NCBI GenBank assembly: GCA_951406725.2
Contig: OX597827.1
Span: 4,526,001-4,590,000 of the forward strand
Origin: Octopus vulgaris
Taxonomy: Eukaryota
DNA length: 64,000 nucleotides
Direction: 5' to 3'
The notes below the pieces were generated by a model. The model saw only the letters and a list, made by a program, of their open reading frames with translations, made no database searches and had not been told where the DNA came from. This document shows, piece after piece, positions 12,560 to 26,600 of this stretch. The translations under genes were made by a program, and so were the position numbers. Numbering within the stretch: position 1 is the stretch's first letter; the number at the start of each line of letters is the position of its first letter.

Positions 12560-14270
12560 ATCTCCCCAGTTACGCAACTGTTATTTCAAGCAAACATTAA
12601 GCACTCTCGAAACATGTTCGTCTGAACACTTGTTGAAGGAGCTAGTTTTCACAGGAACATCTGTACATCCGTGAAGTTTTGCTGTAAGTTAAATATATAC
12701 TTATTCCCAACTTCTAAGGTTCATTCTTTGCCTCTGTTTATCTCACACTGACATTGACTACATCTTCAAATAATTTTAAATTTAGTTGGAGAATGAATTC
12801 ATGGCTCGTTTAGATGAATCATGTGCTTTGTGAGCTTCTTGTGTTGAGTTATATAGACATATACACCCCGTCGCAATTACATACAGATGTGAATAATACA
12901 CACGCGTATTTGTATATGACATATACTCAGACATATACGTCATTTCAAATGTCGTCTGCTATCTGTTTGCATAAAGAAAGAAGCATTTTCTATTATACAA
13001 AGATGCTGTTTTTCATTATTTTTAATAGCATTTGAAGAAAAAAATGTTTGAATAAATCACATTAATGAAAATATATGCTAAATCACTTACGTAAATCACA
13101 AGAATTTCTTTCCAGTAATAACTAATGTTGCATATCTTACACGTAGTCGAGTCTTTTCACAATGGCGTCTTAAAAATTGTTATTTGTGAAGAAAGATGTT
13201 TATCTTTTCATAACCAAATATTTATTCTAGTCAAGAAATTCAGTTATTAGCTTTGGCTAATCTGTCACTAGGCTTTAAATATTTATTGGCTTGTTCAATA
13301 TTTTCTTTTCAAACTTATCTCTTCTAACCGATTCAAGTTGAGCAAGCTAAATAAATGTCGTCTGTGACGCCAGCTCCAGTTTTAATGCTGCTGGAATTTT
13401 TATTTTATTTTATTTTCACTGTTTCCTTATGATAGATAACTTGATATTTTTATCAGTTAATTTTGTAAGAGTTATTATATTTGATTTGATTTATCCTCGT
13501 AATTTCATTTGCTTGTGCTTCACTGTTTATCGATAACACATTATGCATTTCTCTTCTTCTCTTCCGATACTTGTTTCAAAGCGAATATTTTTAGAAATAG
13601 GGTTTTATATGTATAAAAATGATTGCATCGGTTTACGGTTTGTGGCTTGGCTATCAGAGATATACTGTTGTTATAAATATCTCACATGAAAATGTACAAA
13701 CGATTTTCTCTGAATATATATATGGATTCTTAAATGAAGTGATTTTTAGGTCACGAAATTGTAAGTCTACAATAATACTGATTAAAATGATCTATACAGG
13801 CTTTCGTATATTATTAGCATTCAATAATGTATCGGATGTCTGCTGATATATCATCTCAATGATCTTTCATAGACTTTATTAATCACTGAATAGAAGTTTG
13901 CTCTTCACCAGTCGAGTTCGCGACCTATTCGATCCCAGGCCATTAGTATTTCCATCTAACTTCACTTATGTCACTTAGGAAAAGATATTAGCTTCACACA
14001 ATACTATTATTCTTGTCTTTCTATTAATCGGAGGATGTGCAACCATAAATAAAATCAATGTGTCATTGAGATTCAAAAACATCTTCGAACATATATTTGT
14101 ACTGACGAAAAACCAATGCAATCGGCCGGCTTGCCTGCTAAAAATAATTATCAAATGTCTAAAAAGAAAAAGAAAAAAAAGCAACAAAAACAGATTGGGA
14201 TAATGTAATTTTAGTTCTACTCTATGTTCTGAGATAAAGGCAGGATGATCACGGCAGGGACGGTTTTAGT
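12560..14270 (+). promoter_or_regulatory. Putative unmethylated promoter / first-exon region
   Basis: Unique sequence retaining many CpGs, with a YY1-like CAATGGCG at about 13160; CpG is nearly absent in unique sequence downstream of about 14270. Strand is inferred. Confidence 0.4.
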
Positions 14271-15130
14271 CATAGGCCTCTTTGATGAAGACAAAATTAG
14301 ATGAACTGAACAATGAGAGAGCTTCAATACTGTCCCCTTGACCACCTTGAGATAAACAGTCAAATGTCACTCACATCACACCTGTTAATAGCATAGTCTT
14401 AGATGCAGTGAAAAGAAAAAGCAGGATCTTCACAACTGTACTGAAAAGAAACTGGAAGCAGGTGTGTAACTCCAGTGCTAGTTACCCAGCTATCAATGCA
14501 GCTCTCCAACAGAGAAAAGGTCTAAAAGATGCTTGGAATTATCAGTGGGTGGGTGGGTGGGTGGGCATCTTGTCTCAAAGCAAGACTAAGGAGAAACAAG
14601 TTGCACTGAAGGCCTCTGTTTGCAACCCTCACATTTAAATCCAGTGAAGAATACATCAGAATGCTTTTTATCATTTGTCTGGTCAATTAGAGATTAAAAC
14701 AGGGCTCAACAACAACTGTAAAAGTTATGCATTGTTACAGAGGTGCATAACATAGATTGCCAAATCTATCAACCAAGCTACAATTGGCCACAAGGTAAGT
14801 TAATGATGGATTCTCTCTGTAGTCTCTTAACCTGCTAGAAATATTGTCTTCAATGAAAAATATATTACACCATGTAGTCTATAGTAAATAAGGAAGTCAT
14901 AGCTGAAATACTTTTGCTTGTCCAGGACTAATTTGCAGCTAAACAACATTTTACATTGGTTCATAACATTAATTTGGAGAGGGAAAATCTCTGTCTAGTT
15001 TACTTGTTCTCTAGATATATTTCATTGCACAATGTAGTCTCTGGGTCACAAGCAAAACAGAATAGTCACAACTGAAACACACTCTGATAACAGGTTTGCT
15101 TGACCAGATCTGACTTGTTAGCTAAACAAC
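14230..15130 (+). repeat. Several decayed copies of the old dispersed repeat
   Basis: Recurrent GTCA(T/C)A(G/A)CTGAAA...GCTAAACAAC and ACCTGCTAGAAAT motifs, also seen at 16786-16950 and 57870-58047. Confidence 0.55.
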
Positions 15131-16975
15131 TGATGTTGACTAACTCCTTGGAAGGGGAAGATGTCAGTCATATTTTACATGCAATCTAGATACATTTCAT
15201 ATAGTGTTAAAATGTGGTTGATTAAACCAATTTTTTTTACAAAAGTTTGCTTGGCAAACGTTTTTTGGGGCCATATTGGAAATGTCTTTGTCTTAAAGAT
15301 CAATGTAGGTGAAAAATGAAACTATGATTGCACAACATCATAGAAACAGCTTGTCTTTTGAATTACTTTGATACATGTTATTAAAGGAGTATATTACACT
15401 GTTAGTGTCAAATAAATGTTTTGAGGTATTTGGTTATGGCTACTTTCTAAGTTTAGTTCCTGCTGACGTCAACTTTTCATCCCTACAGGGTTTATGAAAT
15501 ATAATAGTAGTCAAGTATTAAGGCCAGTATAATTGACTAATTGAATCTCCTCAAAATTGCTTGCCTTTGAATTTATTATTGGAGGAGTATGTACTTATGT
15601 AATCTTCCAAAGAGAGCTATGAATATTTTTGAGTGGTGACAGTCAAAATATTCTCAGAATTGTGGGTCAAAAGTTTTGGTTCTTGTAACCAAAACTTGTA
15701 ACAAGTGGCAATCAGTTAATACAGTCTTACAAATGGATTTAACATACTTCATCTTCGAAAATACCTTCATATAAATTACGGAGATGTACTCGCATAGCAA
15801 GTGATTTGATATGAGATCGTGTGCTGGAACGAAAACAATTGCAGTGTGGAAGGTGTTTGTAAGCCATTTAAGAAACACACAAAAGCCGTTCGATTCACTT
15901 CAACATTTAAGTTGCTTCATATAAATAAATACTATCAATGCTGAAACCTGATTCTGAGAAAAGGATTTTTAAAAAAAGTATATCCTTTGCCTGGAAAGCA
16001 TTTATAAAGGATAATTAACAGGTCCCTTTTGTATTGGTCATTTAATATGTCATTTGACTGCAGTTTGTAACTTAAAGATCTGTTTTTGATAATGCAATGA
16101 AATGAATATTATAAGATTGCCAATGCTTTCACATTTCATCAGAATCTGAAAAATATGGTTGAAACTGTAGCTTGAGATTGGTGAAAATGTCTTGAATAAA
16201 TTTGAAAGGAAATAGAGAATTTGCTTCTTCATTGTCCTTTTCCACAGAGGGAGAGTGGTTGAAGTTACCTATCATCAACTAAAAGAAACAAAAGGTTAAT
16301 TTATGTTGCAAAGTATTCACTATAGAGTATATGTCACATGTAAGCTCAGAAATCAGCTTGTGATCTGAAATTGAACTCATTAAGCGGCTTTATTAAAGCA
16401 GCTAAGAATGCTAGTTCCACAATCATTCACCTTTGCCAAGTAGCAGCTGAATGAGATTATTCTCATTCAAAAAATACCAATCTCCATCTAAAATTCAAAA
16501 AGATATGAGATAACTTTTCCGCTACTAAACCATTTTGCAGCAGTGTTATCGCAAATAGCTACAATCTGCTTCTATTTTTTTCCAAAAATGTTAAAAAATA
16601 GTGATAACTGAGTGCGTATGATGAAAAAATCTTCTCTGTTGATATGGCTTGTTCTATCTCATGATCTCAATGTTTTACATGAAGTGTCTGTTGATAAATG
16701 ATATCTGGAAATGCTATAGGTTTTGTACCTCCCATTCTGTTACAAACCTTCTATAAACCAACAAGAAAGTATCAACATGTCTGTCTGACCTGCTTGAAAT
16801 ATCAGCCAAATATCTCTTAAATTACATCTTTACTGTCTTTGAAGAAAAAAATAAAGGACATGTTGGATAAGAATTCAAGATCCCTGCACTTAAGAACAGT
16901 TTCAGTTGGGATATATTTGATCATTGGACTTGGGGGAGCTAAGCAATAACTAAGTTTGTATACTTGCCTAACAAA

Positions 16976-17570
16976 ACCTACTCCCCCCACCATCTGTTGT
17001 AATATACTTTAGACATTTCCAAAACCAATTGAACATAGTCAGTGCTTTCTCTATCTCTTTGAAAGTGTCTTCACAAGTAGTTCTTTCATACAGGCTGCTC
17101 ACTGAAGTTAGTTCTTCCATCACTCCAATGTTAACATTAATTTCCTGAATGAACAATAGCAACTGAATTGTCAGACACATCTGTTGATTCATAAAGAGCT
17201 TGAGAAAGCCACTGGAAATCTAGTGCTTAATTGTTTAATTGGCATAGGATGTTGTCTCCTGTGTCTTTGACCCTCCTAGCCACTGTTTTCTTTCTTAGCT
17301 AACAAATAAGCTTGTCTCAAACCAGCTTTAGTTGCAACATCATTATTAGCATATATACTAATGAAGAACTGCTTTTGTGATAAAAAGAGTTTCAAGCCTT
17401 CATATTTTTCATAGTGTAGTTTTCCTGTTTGAGAACAATGATAAGAATACTTTGTTTGCTGATGCTTATGATACATACTAGTCCCACTAAATGTTATGCT
17501 CAATGCTTTGTTGTTTCTGTCAGTTACAAAATATTCCTTCACACAATGTCCTTTTAAAATGCAACATTTC
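16976..17570 (-). mobile_element. Decayed hAT transposase (SPIN/Buster, GTF2IRD2-like)
   Basis: KEYFVTDRNNKAL, ATKAGLRQAYLLAKK, QLLLFIQEIN..EELTSVSSL..TTCEDTFKEI..ITTDGG resemble Buster/SPIN transposase segments. Confidence 0.75.
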
Positions 17571-17960
17571 TGTCAATTTCTCAGCTTTTTTATAATGGCA
17601 TTATGACTAATATATATAATATATATGAGTGTAATAAGACCTCTTAAAATGTAAGTGGACGAATAGCTGATTTGAGTATGTACTGCTTTTAAGAATGTTA
17701 TTGTCATAGAATGAACAGATACTCAAGCTTTCAGGTACTGAGTTTAAAATATTTTTCCTAAGTATTGCTTTGTATAAAGAAAATGGCTGCCCGAGTACAA
17801 GTCTTTAACTGGTGACAAACTAAACATGTCATCTGTTTCAATGAGGGAATTACAACACATTTAATGACATTGAAATTCAGCATGTGCCATGTATATGATA
17901 TGATATGAAAGATTAAAATATTTTCAACTAGGGTAAATGGAAGTGAATGTGGTCTCAGTG

Positions 17961-18180
17961 TACAAAGGGCTGCTGAAAAGTTCCTGGTTTTGGGTAAAAG
18001 AAAATTCAGGAGGATCAGTTAATTATGATTTTATTCAGCATATCCTTCTCTTAGATTCACACACTTATTGCAGCAGTCCTTCAGTTTTCCTAAGCTCTGT
18101 AAAAGAACTTGGAAGGCTGGGTCTCCAACCAGGCCGTTGGTGATACCCTTAATCCAGGAACTTTGCAGTCTTCTTTCCTA
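17961..18180 (-). mobile_element. Mariner-derived MITE
   Basis: Terminal inverted repeats AAGGGCTGCTGAAAAGTTCCTGG / CCAGGAACTTTGCAGTC with TA at the ends; second copy in the opposite orientation at 62003-62221. Confidence 0.75.
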
Positions 18181-19302
18181 TATGTAGCACCAGTCAGTTT
18201 ACCAGCTTTTATTAAAAGACAAGTACAGATTCTTGTCACGCTCTTCTTTCTCTAAGTAGTAAATGTTTTTACCTTTCCATTCCTGCTGTGATATAGATTA
18301 TATGAACAGTTAATTTAAAGTTTTACTCCTGGGGGAATGTAGATTTTTACTAAGTGAAACAATGTGACTTTTGTTGTCTGTATTTGCATGATTCATTTAA
18401 GGTCACATCCAGATGAAACTTGCTTTAATTTTGATAAGGAAAACAAAAAATATTTGTAATCGACATCATGTATTGATTGAAATTAGTGGGCTGGATAAAA
18501 TTAGGCTGGTGGGCATGGTTGGAGAAACTGAACTTTACTTAGTTTACTGACCCCTGGTTTAATCCATTTGGTTATCTATTCACCTTGATCAATGTTTTGT
18601 TCAAACATTCATACATGCATTATTTATTAAATTTTTCAAAGTTTGTTATGCTGTTAGAAAAAGTTACCAATGTTTTGGACCACATGTGTAGTGCATGACA
18701 GTATAACCATAAACCATATGTATATGTATGTTTCATCTATACAGAGGAGACATGGAAAAAGATACCATGGTGATTGCTTCCTAATTTGGACCAAATCCCG
18801 AGAAAATCTAAAAGAATTCAGCACCCTCCTCAACAATCTACACCCTAGTTTCAAATTCACAAGAAAAATGAGCAACACACAATTACCATTTCTTGACAGA
18901 ATGGTAATTAAAAACAACTCCAAAATCACAACTGATTTATATTAGGTACTGGTACCTAAATTTCAAACATGCCACCCAACACACACAAAAATCAATATCC
19001 CATACTGTCTAGCCAGGGAAATTTGTACTATAGTCAATGATCCAGATACCAGAAACACATGACTAATAGAACTCAAAGGATTTCTGCTCAAGCAAAATTA
19101 TCCTCTCCTACTTCGAGAAAATAGCATACGAGCAAAAGAAATACCTAGAGAACAACTTAGGGCAACACAAAAAAGACAAACCCATCAAAGGAACATAATA
19201 CCATTTCTAGTAATTCACAATCCACATCACCAAAACATTTTTAACATCATCAAAACAAATTTGCTGATAATAAAACAAAGTGAAAAATTAATAAACATAA
19301 GA

Positions 19303-19700
19303 GGCGCAGGAGTGGCTGTGTGGTAAGTAGCTTGCTAACCAACCACATGGTTCCGGGTTCAGTCCCACTGCATGGCATCTTGAGCAAGTGTCTTCTGCTA
19401 TAGCCCCGGGCCGACCAATGCCTTGTGAGTGGATTTGGTAGACAGAAACTGAAAGAAGCCTGTCGTATATATGTATATATATGTGTGTGTGTTTGTGTTT
19501 GTCCCCCTAGCATTGCTTGACAACCAATGCTGGTGTGTTTACATCCCCGTCACTTAGCGGTTCGGCAAAAGAGACCGATATGATAAGTACTGGGCTTACA
19601 AAGAATAAGTCCCGGGGTCGATTTGCTCGACTAAAGGCGGTGCTCCAGCATGGCCACAGTCAAATGACTGAAACAAGTAAAAGAGTAAAAGAGTAAAGAG
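19303..19700 (+). mobile_element. SINE family A, full length, inserted in the PLE
   Basis: GGCGCAGGAGTGGCTGTGTGGTAAG head, B-box, and tail with (GAGTAAAA) repeats. Confidence 0.95.
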
Positions 19701-20416
19701 TATAATAACTAATCAAACACTTATCTTAAGCAAAAGGCAACCACATAACCTAATGAAACTATTAACAAAGGCAAAATTCAACATGAACAAACAGGATAGA
19801 ACATTCACAGTATCCAAATGTAATGATAACAGATGTGGAACGTGTCAATACATGCATACTGTTAGATCCATTAGAATAAAAAAAAAATGGACAGATTTTC
19901 GCAAATGCAGATATGAACTGCAAAAGTAGATATCTGATCTACTTCATTAAATGCCCGAATTGCGAGGAACTATATATAGGTGAGACAGGGAATACATTAT
20001 CAGAACGTTCAGAAATCCACAGACAACAAATTCAGAAAACCAATGTTCACTAAATTCCATTGAGTGAACATATATAAAGATATGTGGTCAGAAAATGTTT
20101 CTCATTTTGCCTTTCCATGAACCACGTGACAGAAGAGAGGTTAGAAGAAAGATAAAAAAAAAAGCGGTTTATGAAAATGTTCAAATATTTTCTGAACAGA
20201 AACAACAACAATAATATAACAATCAGTTAATGATGTTGATTAAAAAATATCTCTAGCATATGATTATAAATAAATGACAGACTATCAGTAAGCCTGGCAA
20301 ACCATGATGTTTAAGCTGTATGTGGATTGGTCAAAACTGTATTCTAAAAATTCAGCTTGCTGGAGCGTTCTAAGAGATACTACAGTTCTCAGGAACTAAA
20401 CTGTCAGAAATATTTG

Positions 20417-20454
20417 AAATCTGATGATTACTCTATGTATGAAAGCGCTAATTT
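20417..20454 (+). ncRNA. Minimal type I hammerhead ribozyme motif
   Basis: AAAT-CTGATGA-T-TAC tctat GTA-T-GAAA-GCGC-TA-ATTT: stem I AAAT/ATTT, intact core, palindromic stem III AGCGCT, CUA cleavage triplet. Confidence 0.7.
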
Positions 20455-20593
20455 AACTTTATGAGCATTACAAAATATTTTTTTAATGTTAAAATACCAT
20501 AATGAAAAATGTGAAAACCAAATCATGTTTTAACTTTATTCAACTGATATACACATTCACACAAATTTGAAAAAAAATGTATGTATATATATA

Positions 20594-20658
<65 letters not shown>

Positions 20659-20724
20659 GTGTGTGTGTGTGTGTGCAAATATATATGTGTGTGTGTGTGT
20701 GTGCATGTATATATATATGTATAT

Positions 20725-20841
20725 ATCATCATCGTGACTGACCAGGCTATCAGATGTTGGTACACATCGCAGGTCACAATGCGCTTCACATTATTTTAGC
20801 CTTCAAATGACACCACCCCGCAGGCTAAACGAGCAGGCCAA
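20725..20841 (-). mobile_element. SINE family B 3' fragment
   Basis: Matches the reverse complement of 3085-3206. Confidence 0.85.
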
Positions 20842-20855
20842 TATGTATATATACA

Positions 20856-20901
<46 letters not shown>

Positions 20902-20902
<1 letters not shown>

Positions 20903-21699
20903 CTACTACATACTACATATTTGGGAAATGCTGTCTGAGGGTGTGTTTGTGGAGATGTTAGCTAACTCTTCCTACATTGTTTTATTGATTTTGATGAAAC
21001 TTGACACATGAGTAGAACTCATGTCTGGAAACCTCATGGCACACTCAGATTGTTGAAAATCTCGATAATATGACCCCTGGAAGGGATCCTTATATATTTC
21101 TAATATATCTCATTTTAACAGTCAAGGGAAATAACCCATTCATTTTCCTAAATCATTTGGTATAAATCAAATTGAGTATACTCATTTCTTATCCAGTACA
21201 ACCCTTCAACAAGTAAATGGTATTTTCCTAAACAATAGATCCACCTATTTCAGTTTGTGACTTATACACAAATATAGAAACACTAGCACCGCTAAGGGTA
21301 ATATTCTTTGGGAAAGCAGAAAAGCCCTTTTCAGAGTTATTTACTTTGAACTGTTACTATCTCATATCTGATTAGCCTGTTATTACGTAACATGCTTCAC
21401 AATTCCCGCTTAAATTCTATATACTCTAGGAACACATTACAGGCCTTTTAGGGGCTATTTTATTTGAATTCTTATTATCGGGTAACTAATTTCATGTTAT
21501 TACATAACTTACATCAATTATTGTGAATTCCTAAGAACAAGATCCTGTGTAAGACAGTTTGGTATTCACTGTAAATGCACAAAAAAATTTTAAGGGCTAC
21601 ATACTCTGTATTGTTGTTATTGGATTAGTGAAGCAATTATGAGAAGGGAACCAAGGGATAATCCTGACTTTCTAGGGAATTATCGGGTATGTAGGCTAG
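20902..21699 (+). mobile_element. Non-autonomous Helitron
   Basis: 5' A|TC start, internal GATTTTGATGAAACTTGACACA motif, 3' CGGGTATGTAGGCTAG|T end; inserted in (TA)n. Confidence 0.65.
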
Positions 21700-21802
21700 T
21701 ATATATATATATATGTATATAATATATATATATAGATATATATGTATAATATATGTGTGTGTGTATATATGTGTTTATATATATGTATATATGTGTATAT
21801 TT

Positions 21803-21847
21803 AAATCCTTAAAAGTGTTTTAGCCCGAAGGCCGCGGCCATGCTGGG
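21803..21847 (-). mobile_element. Extremely 5'-truncated CR1-group LINE tail
   Basis: AAATCCTTAAAAGTGTTTTAGCCCGAAGGCCGCGGCCATGCTGGG closely matches the LINE end at 49981-50025. Confidence 0.85.
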
Positions 21848-22009
21848 AAATTCTGATACTGATGGTGTATCAAGAAAGAAAGCTTTATTCTTTACCTATA
21901 AAATCATATTTTGCTGATTCAGACCATCACAAGTTTCTTTATATTCTATCCCACACCACCCAACCTCTCTCTATTAAACAAACATACACACTGTACTAAA
22001 TTAGTTGTT

Positions 22010-22098
22010 GTAATGTTCAAATAATGGCTGCAAAATATTCAACATTTAAAGTAGATGAAAAAAGTTGAACAAGCACCTTTTAATTTGATCACCGTGTA
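22010..22098 (+). mobile_element. Right end of a Tc1/mariner-like element
   Basis: TIR-like CTTTTAATTTGATCACCGTG|TA terminus preceded by an NNG..-like transposase C-terminal relic. Confidence 0.35.
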
Positions 22099-22355
22099 CA
22101 TACATACATACATACATACATACATACATACATACATACATACATACATACACACATATACACATAAACACATAATACATACACTCATACACACATACAT
22201 ACATACACACACACACACACATACATACATACATACATACATACATACATACATGCATGCATACATGCATACATACATACATGCATACATACATACATAC
22301 ACACATACATACACACATACACACATATACACACACATAATACATACACTCATAC

Positions 22356-22392
<37 letters not shown>

Positions 22393-22489
22393 TACATACA
22401 TACATACATACATACATACATACATACATACATACATACATACATACATACATACATACATACATACGTACATACATACATACATACAT
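22098..22489. repeat. (TACA)n/(CA)n compound microsatellite
   Basis: Directly visible. Confidence 0.98.
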
Positions 22490-25400
22490 AAATTGTTAGA
22501 GTCACACAGAGCTACAGAAAATACACTTTCCCTAAATTAATCTCAGACTTCATTCATATCAGTTTGCTAATTCCTAAAATTGGTCAATCAAATTTTTAAT
22601 TTTATAATGTATGCAATGTATCTAGGGTGCACATGAGAAATCTTATAAAACATAAAGTAAGGACTTTAATTAACCAATGCTAGACCCATATCAAAGAGAG
22701 GCAAATATTATTAAACAATACTTCAGAAAGCTTGATTACCAACAATTATGATTTCTGACTTTGAAGCCTGTTGTTTATTTTGAGAAGGTCATACATTGAA
22801 CACAATATGCATACTTATATCAATATGTATCTTAAGTGAGATCTCTAAAAATTGACTTCAGCAGATTGCTTTTATAAATATGTCAATTTTCTAAGCCTAC
22901 TTTCATAGAATATTGTTCATCTACTTAGTGTTCTCTCATTACTACTTCAACAAATATGGTGAAGTATATGCTTCACTAAAGATGTCTCATAAGTCTGAAA
23001 TATGTTCAGCATTATCTCTCATAATTGCTGAAATTGTCAAAGAGTTATTAATTCTTGAACCAATACTATCTTTTCTGTGTAACATTATTTTCCATACTTT
23101 ATTAGATATGTTAAATCTAACTGAACCATATTGATTTGGGTTGTGAGTAATTTTGAAGCAACAAATATCGCAATGGACTTGTAGGTTGATTCTAGTTGCA
23201 TTAGATATATACCCTAGTGGGGTATAAGTGTAGTGCTATATCAAATACAAAGTGTATTAATGTTAGGTACTCAGCTAATAGGAATTTCAGTTTTTATATA
23301 TAGAGGGTTGAATGCTGTGCAGGCTGAATGAAAAACAGATAAGCAAAGAACTGGCCAACACCAATCATGCAAGTATACAATATTTTTGAGAATTGCTCAA
23401 TTGATGGTAACTGTTTGGCCAAGTTCATAGCATACTCCACTAAAGCAGAAACAAACAAAAGGGAACCTAAAATGTGAATTGGGGCAACTGAACTACCATT
23501 CAAAAATTGATTTTATAAGCACAATTTATTGGTCTGTGTGTGTGTGTGTATTTTATGCATGTGTGTATGTATGCACAAGTGTATGTATGTTCTATGTCTC
23601 TTTGTCTTTACATTATGTGCTAATTGTAAGCAATATCACTGTCATAAAAGCAGTGTCATTTGTTTACAACCTTCCATGAAAACATGTCCTACCTTTGTGC
23701 TGTTTTTGCTCACTGGATTAGAGGATATGTTACGTTTCTTGGAAGCAGGTGAGGGATGGTGACAGCAAGAATGTATGGTCACTGAAAAATTTACCTCAAT
23801 AAATTATATCTGACTCATTACATAGAAATGAGGACATAAAAATGATTGTAGAAATTAGAGAAAGCATATTCAATATATGTTGTGGAGATTGTTCATTTCT
23901 TTGAAGCAGATAACTGACTTCATTACTTTTCAGTTTTGGGGCAACAAAAACATGTCACCTGAAGAATTACATGCAGTGAGAAATTTTGAGTAGCAATGGA
24001 GTGAATTATAATTTTGTATGAATGTGTGTGTGTAATTTTATAATTTAAATTTTGTATGTTTTTAATTAGAAATTTGAAAAATTGTTTATCCTAGTTTTAA
24101 TATAGGTTACTAATTTATAACAAGATTTTCTCCTAAGGAAATAAAATATTTCTCAGCATATAATTTAAAATGAAAGCATTGCTTGTAAATATTATGAATG
24201 TTAAGCTGAGAAGTAATGTTGTTGTTGATGAGTGTACTGACCTTCATGTATGACTCTACTACTATCAGATTTATGGAACTTACTTAAGAAATCAATGCTT
24301 TCCATTTGGATCTGTATACCGGATCCATTAGTGGCTAAAGGTAAAAGTGCTAGAAATGAAGTGGGAAAATGCTTGACAGTAATTTTTTATCCCTTTAAGA
24401 GAAGCTCAGAGCAAAACATGTTAATTGTTACAAATGAAATTATATTTGTTTTTCGTGAAAAATAACTGCATGTTTTTTATAAACCTTGCAAATGTCATTA
24501 ATTAAATTGCAATAGAACCCTGTTGCTATTAATGACTATAACATTTCTCTATGTTCAAGTAGCTTCCCAGCTTACTGAACATTTCACTGGTCAATTATTT
24601 TGTTTAATTGCTGAAAAAAAAAACCCCATAAAAAAATAGAAATGTATGAAGCAAAGATATCAAATCTTGGAAATTATCTTTTTGTATTTCATTGGTAATG
24701 TATTTTATGCAAATGCAAAGTCTTTTAAAATGCTTTGTTGGATGTTATTTTTAGCTCAGTTAATCAGACATTGTTTTAGGGGTGGGAATAAGAGAATTTC
24801 AGTATAACTGTGGTTAGGTTTTTATTAAAATGTAAAATTAATCCATTTAGTAAATTACACAGGTTTTAACAATCTTGAATATGAACAATTTATTGTTTTT
24901 AAATTTGCTAGCCATTTGAATTAAACATTAAAAAACAATAAAATTAACCTCTCCTCCAAAACAAAGCTTTGTTTTTCTTGAATAAAAATGCAAATTATTG
25001 CATGAAAATAATGTAGTTTTAATAGCAGTTTATTTGATAAAAATAGTAAAGTATGTTGCATCTACTTTAGCCATATTATAATTTGAGGAACATTACATAT
25101 TTCTAAATATATCTTTGCACTGCTACAGACTAAAAGTAATCAAGATATTCAGGTATTTTTTATTTTATTTTATAGGATTTGCTTTCATTGGTTCTATAAA
25201 GTAACTTGAAATATATTAATCAATATTGATTGTAAATTGTGTAAATTTTATTTTTGTCTACCCTTCCATTTTGCTCTTGATATTGAGCAAAGTTTTATTT
25301 ATAATGTATATAAAACAAATTGCGTCTAGACTACTGAGAGGTTTAATGAAAATTGTTTGCACAGTTTACGTTTAGTATTAATAAAAATGAAAATTATTTC

Positions 25401-26339
25401 ACAATTTATATATTTGAAAATTGCTTTTCATAAAATATTTTAAATATATTTTTTGTTAATAAATTTTAAACAGTTGTGATGGAAGTTTTTGATTTTTGAA
25501 TGTTGGTACTTTAAAAAAAATATATAAATCAGGAGATTATAACTAAAACTTATACAGATTATAATCTCCTAATGTTCACTTAGACTATTTCTTATTCATA
25601 AATCCCCTGTGTTTCTATCTGTTCAACATTATCTTTTTACAGTATGGACATATGAAGTTAAAGAAAATTTTCATCTTATGTAATTTAAAATAATCTGAAG
25701 AGAGTAACTTTTCATGCCACCGTTCATCAAACAGCCAACATTTTCTGTAAAATTTCATCTATTTGTCAGATATCTGTATTTCTTTCAACAGTAAGCTTAT
25801 GAAGAATGTAATAATTCATTGTCTAAATGATCATCTCATGCACTATATAACCTATATTCTTCAGACCAATTGATATAAAAGATAAGATGTTGGGGCTCTA
25901 ATTAGGTGCTGATATCTATCTATAGATATGCCTTTGACAAACCATACTCATACTTCTTGCTGTTAGACCTATACATTACATTTGATACAGTTGATCCTTG
26001 GGTTCCCTATGGAAGACTCATACTCTGTGTATAGTGGACATCCAAATATTTATATTTGGTTAAGATCAGAGCCATTACTATGCAAAGAACCAATATGCAA
26101 TACTGAGACCTGTCCATTACAACACATACTTTTGTCTTCTGACACTTTCCCTTGATAAACGGCTTTTTAATATGACAGTTAAAACAATTATTGTACAATA
26201 ACGCTATCGAGAAACAGAGCAATGATTTCTTTTTCAAAAATAAGCCTTATAAATAAGAACTTCCTTCCCTAACAAATATTATTCAAAACACACAAACGTA
26301 TCAGTCCCTTAAATGCTGGATGTTTCTGTCCACACATAA

Positions 26340-26600
26340 CCAATGGTCAGTCACTCTCCTCTACTTTTCCATACAGGACAGTTAAATTCTTTATCCCTTG
26401 ATAAAATCAAAATTTTTGTCAACTCCATGGTTTACAGAACTGACTACTGTAATTCCCTAGCTTTAGCAGATACACAACCTTCAAAACATGCATTTGTATT
26501 ATTGCTAACAGACTCTTCAACTTGAATACATCAAACACATTACTAAACTTAAACTGGTCACCAATGTATAAGATACTTTTCTCCTATTCCATGTTTATTA
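26340..26600 (+). mobile_element. Old L2-clade LINE RT C-terminal relic
   Basis: FVNSMVYRTDYCNSL and LLNLNWSPMYKIL resemble the L2 motifs RLDYCNSLL and LHWLP..FKIL. Confidence 0.6.

Larger units (their letters stand above)
18745..20560 (+). mobile_element. Decayed Penelope-like retroelement (RT C-terminal half + GIY-YIG endonuclease + 3' terminal region), interrupted by a SINE
   Basis: KRYHGDCFLIW..LNNLHPSFKFT..LPFLD..TTDLY; CHPTHTKINIPYCLA; SKCNDNRCGTCQYM; NCKSRYLIYFIKCPNCEELYIGETG..HRQQI; hammerhead motif downstream. Confidence 0.9.

Noticed and set aside
25129-25790. AG/GT-bounded segments at 25129-25152 and 25642-25790
   Set aside because: The first is too short to evaluate and the second contains stops; AT-rich DNA yields such sites by chance.
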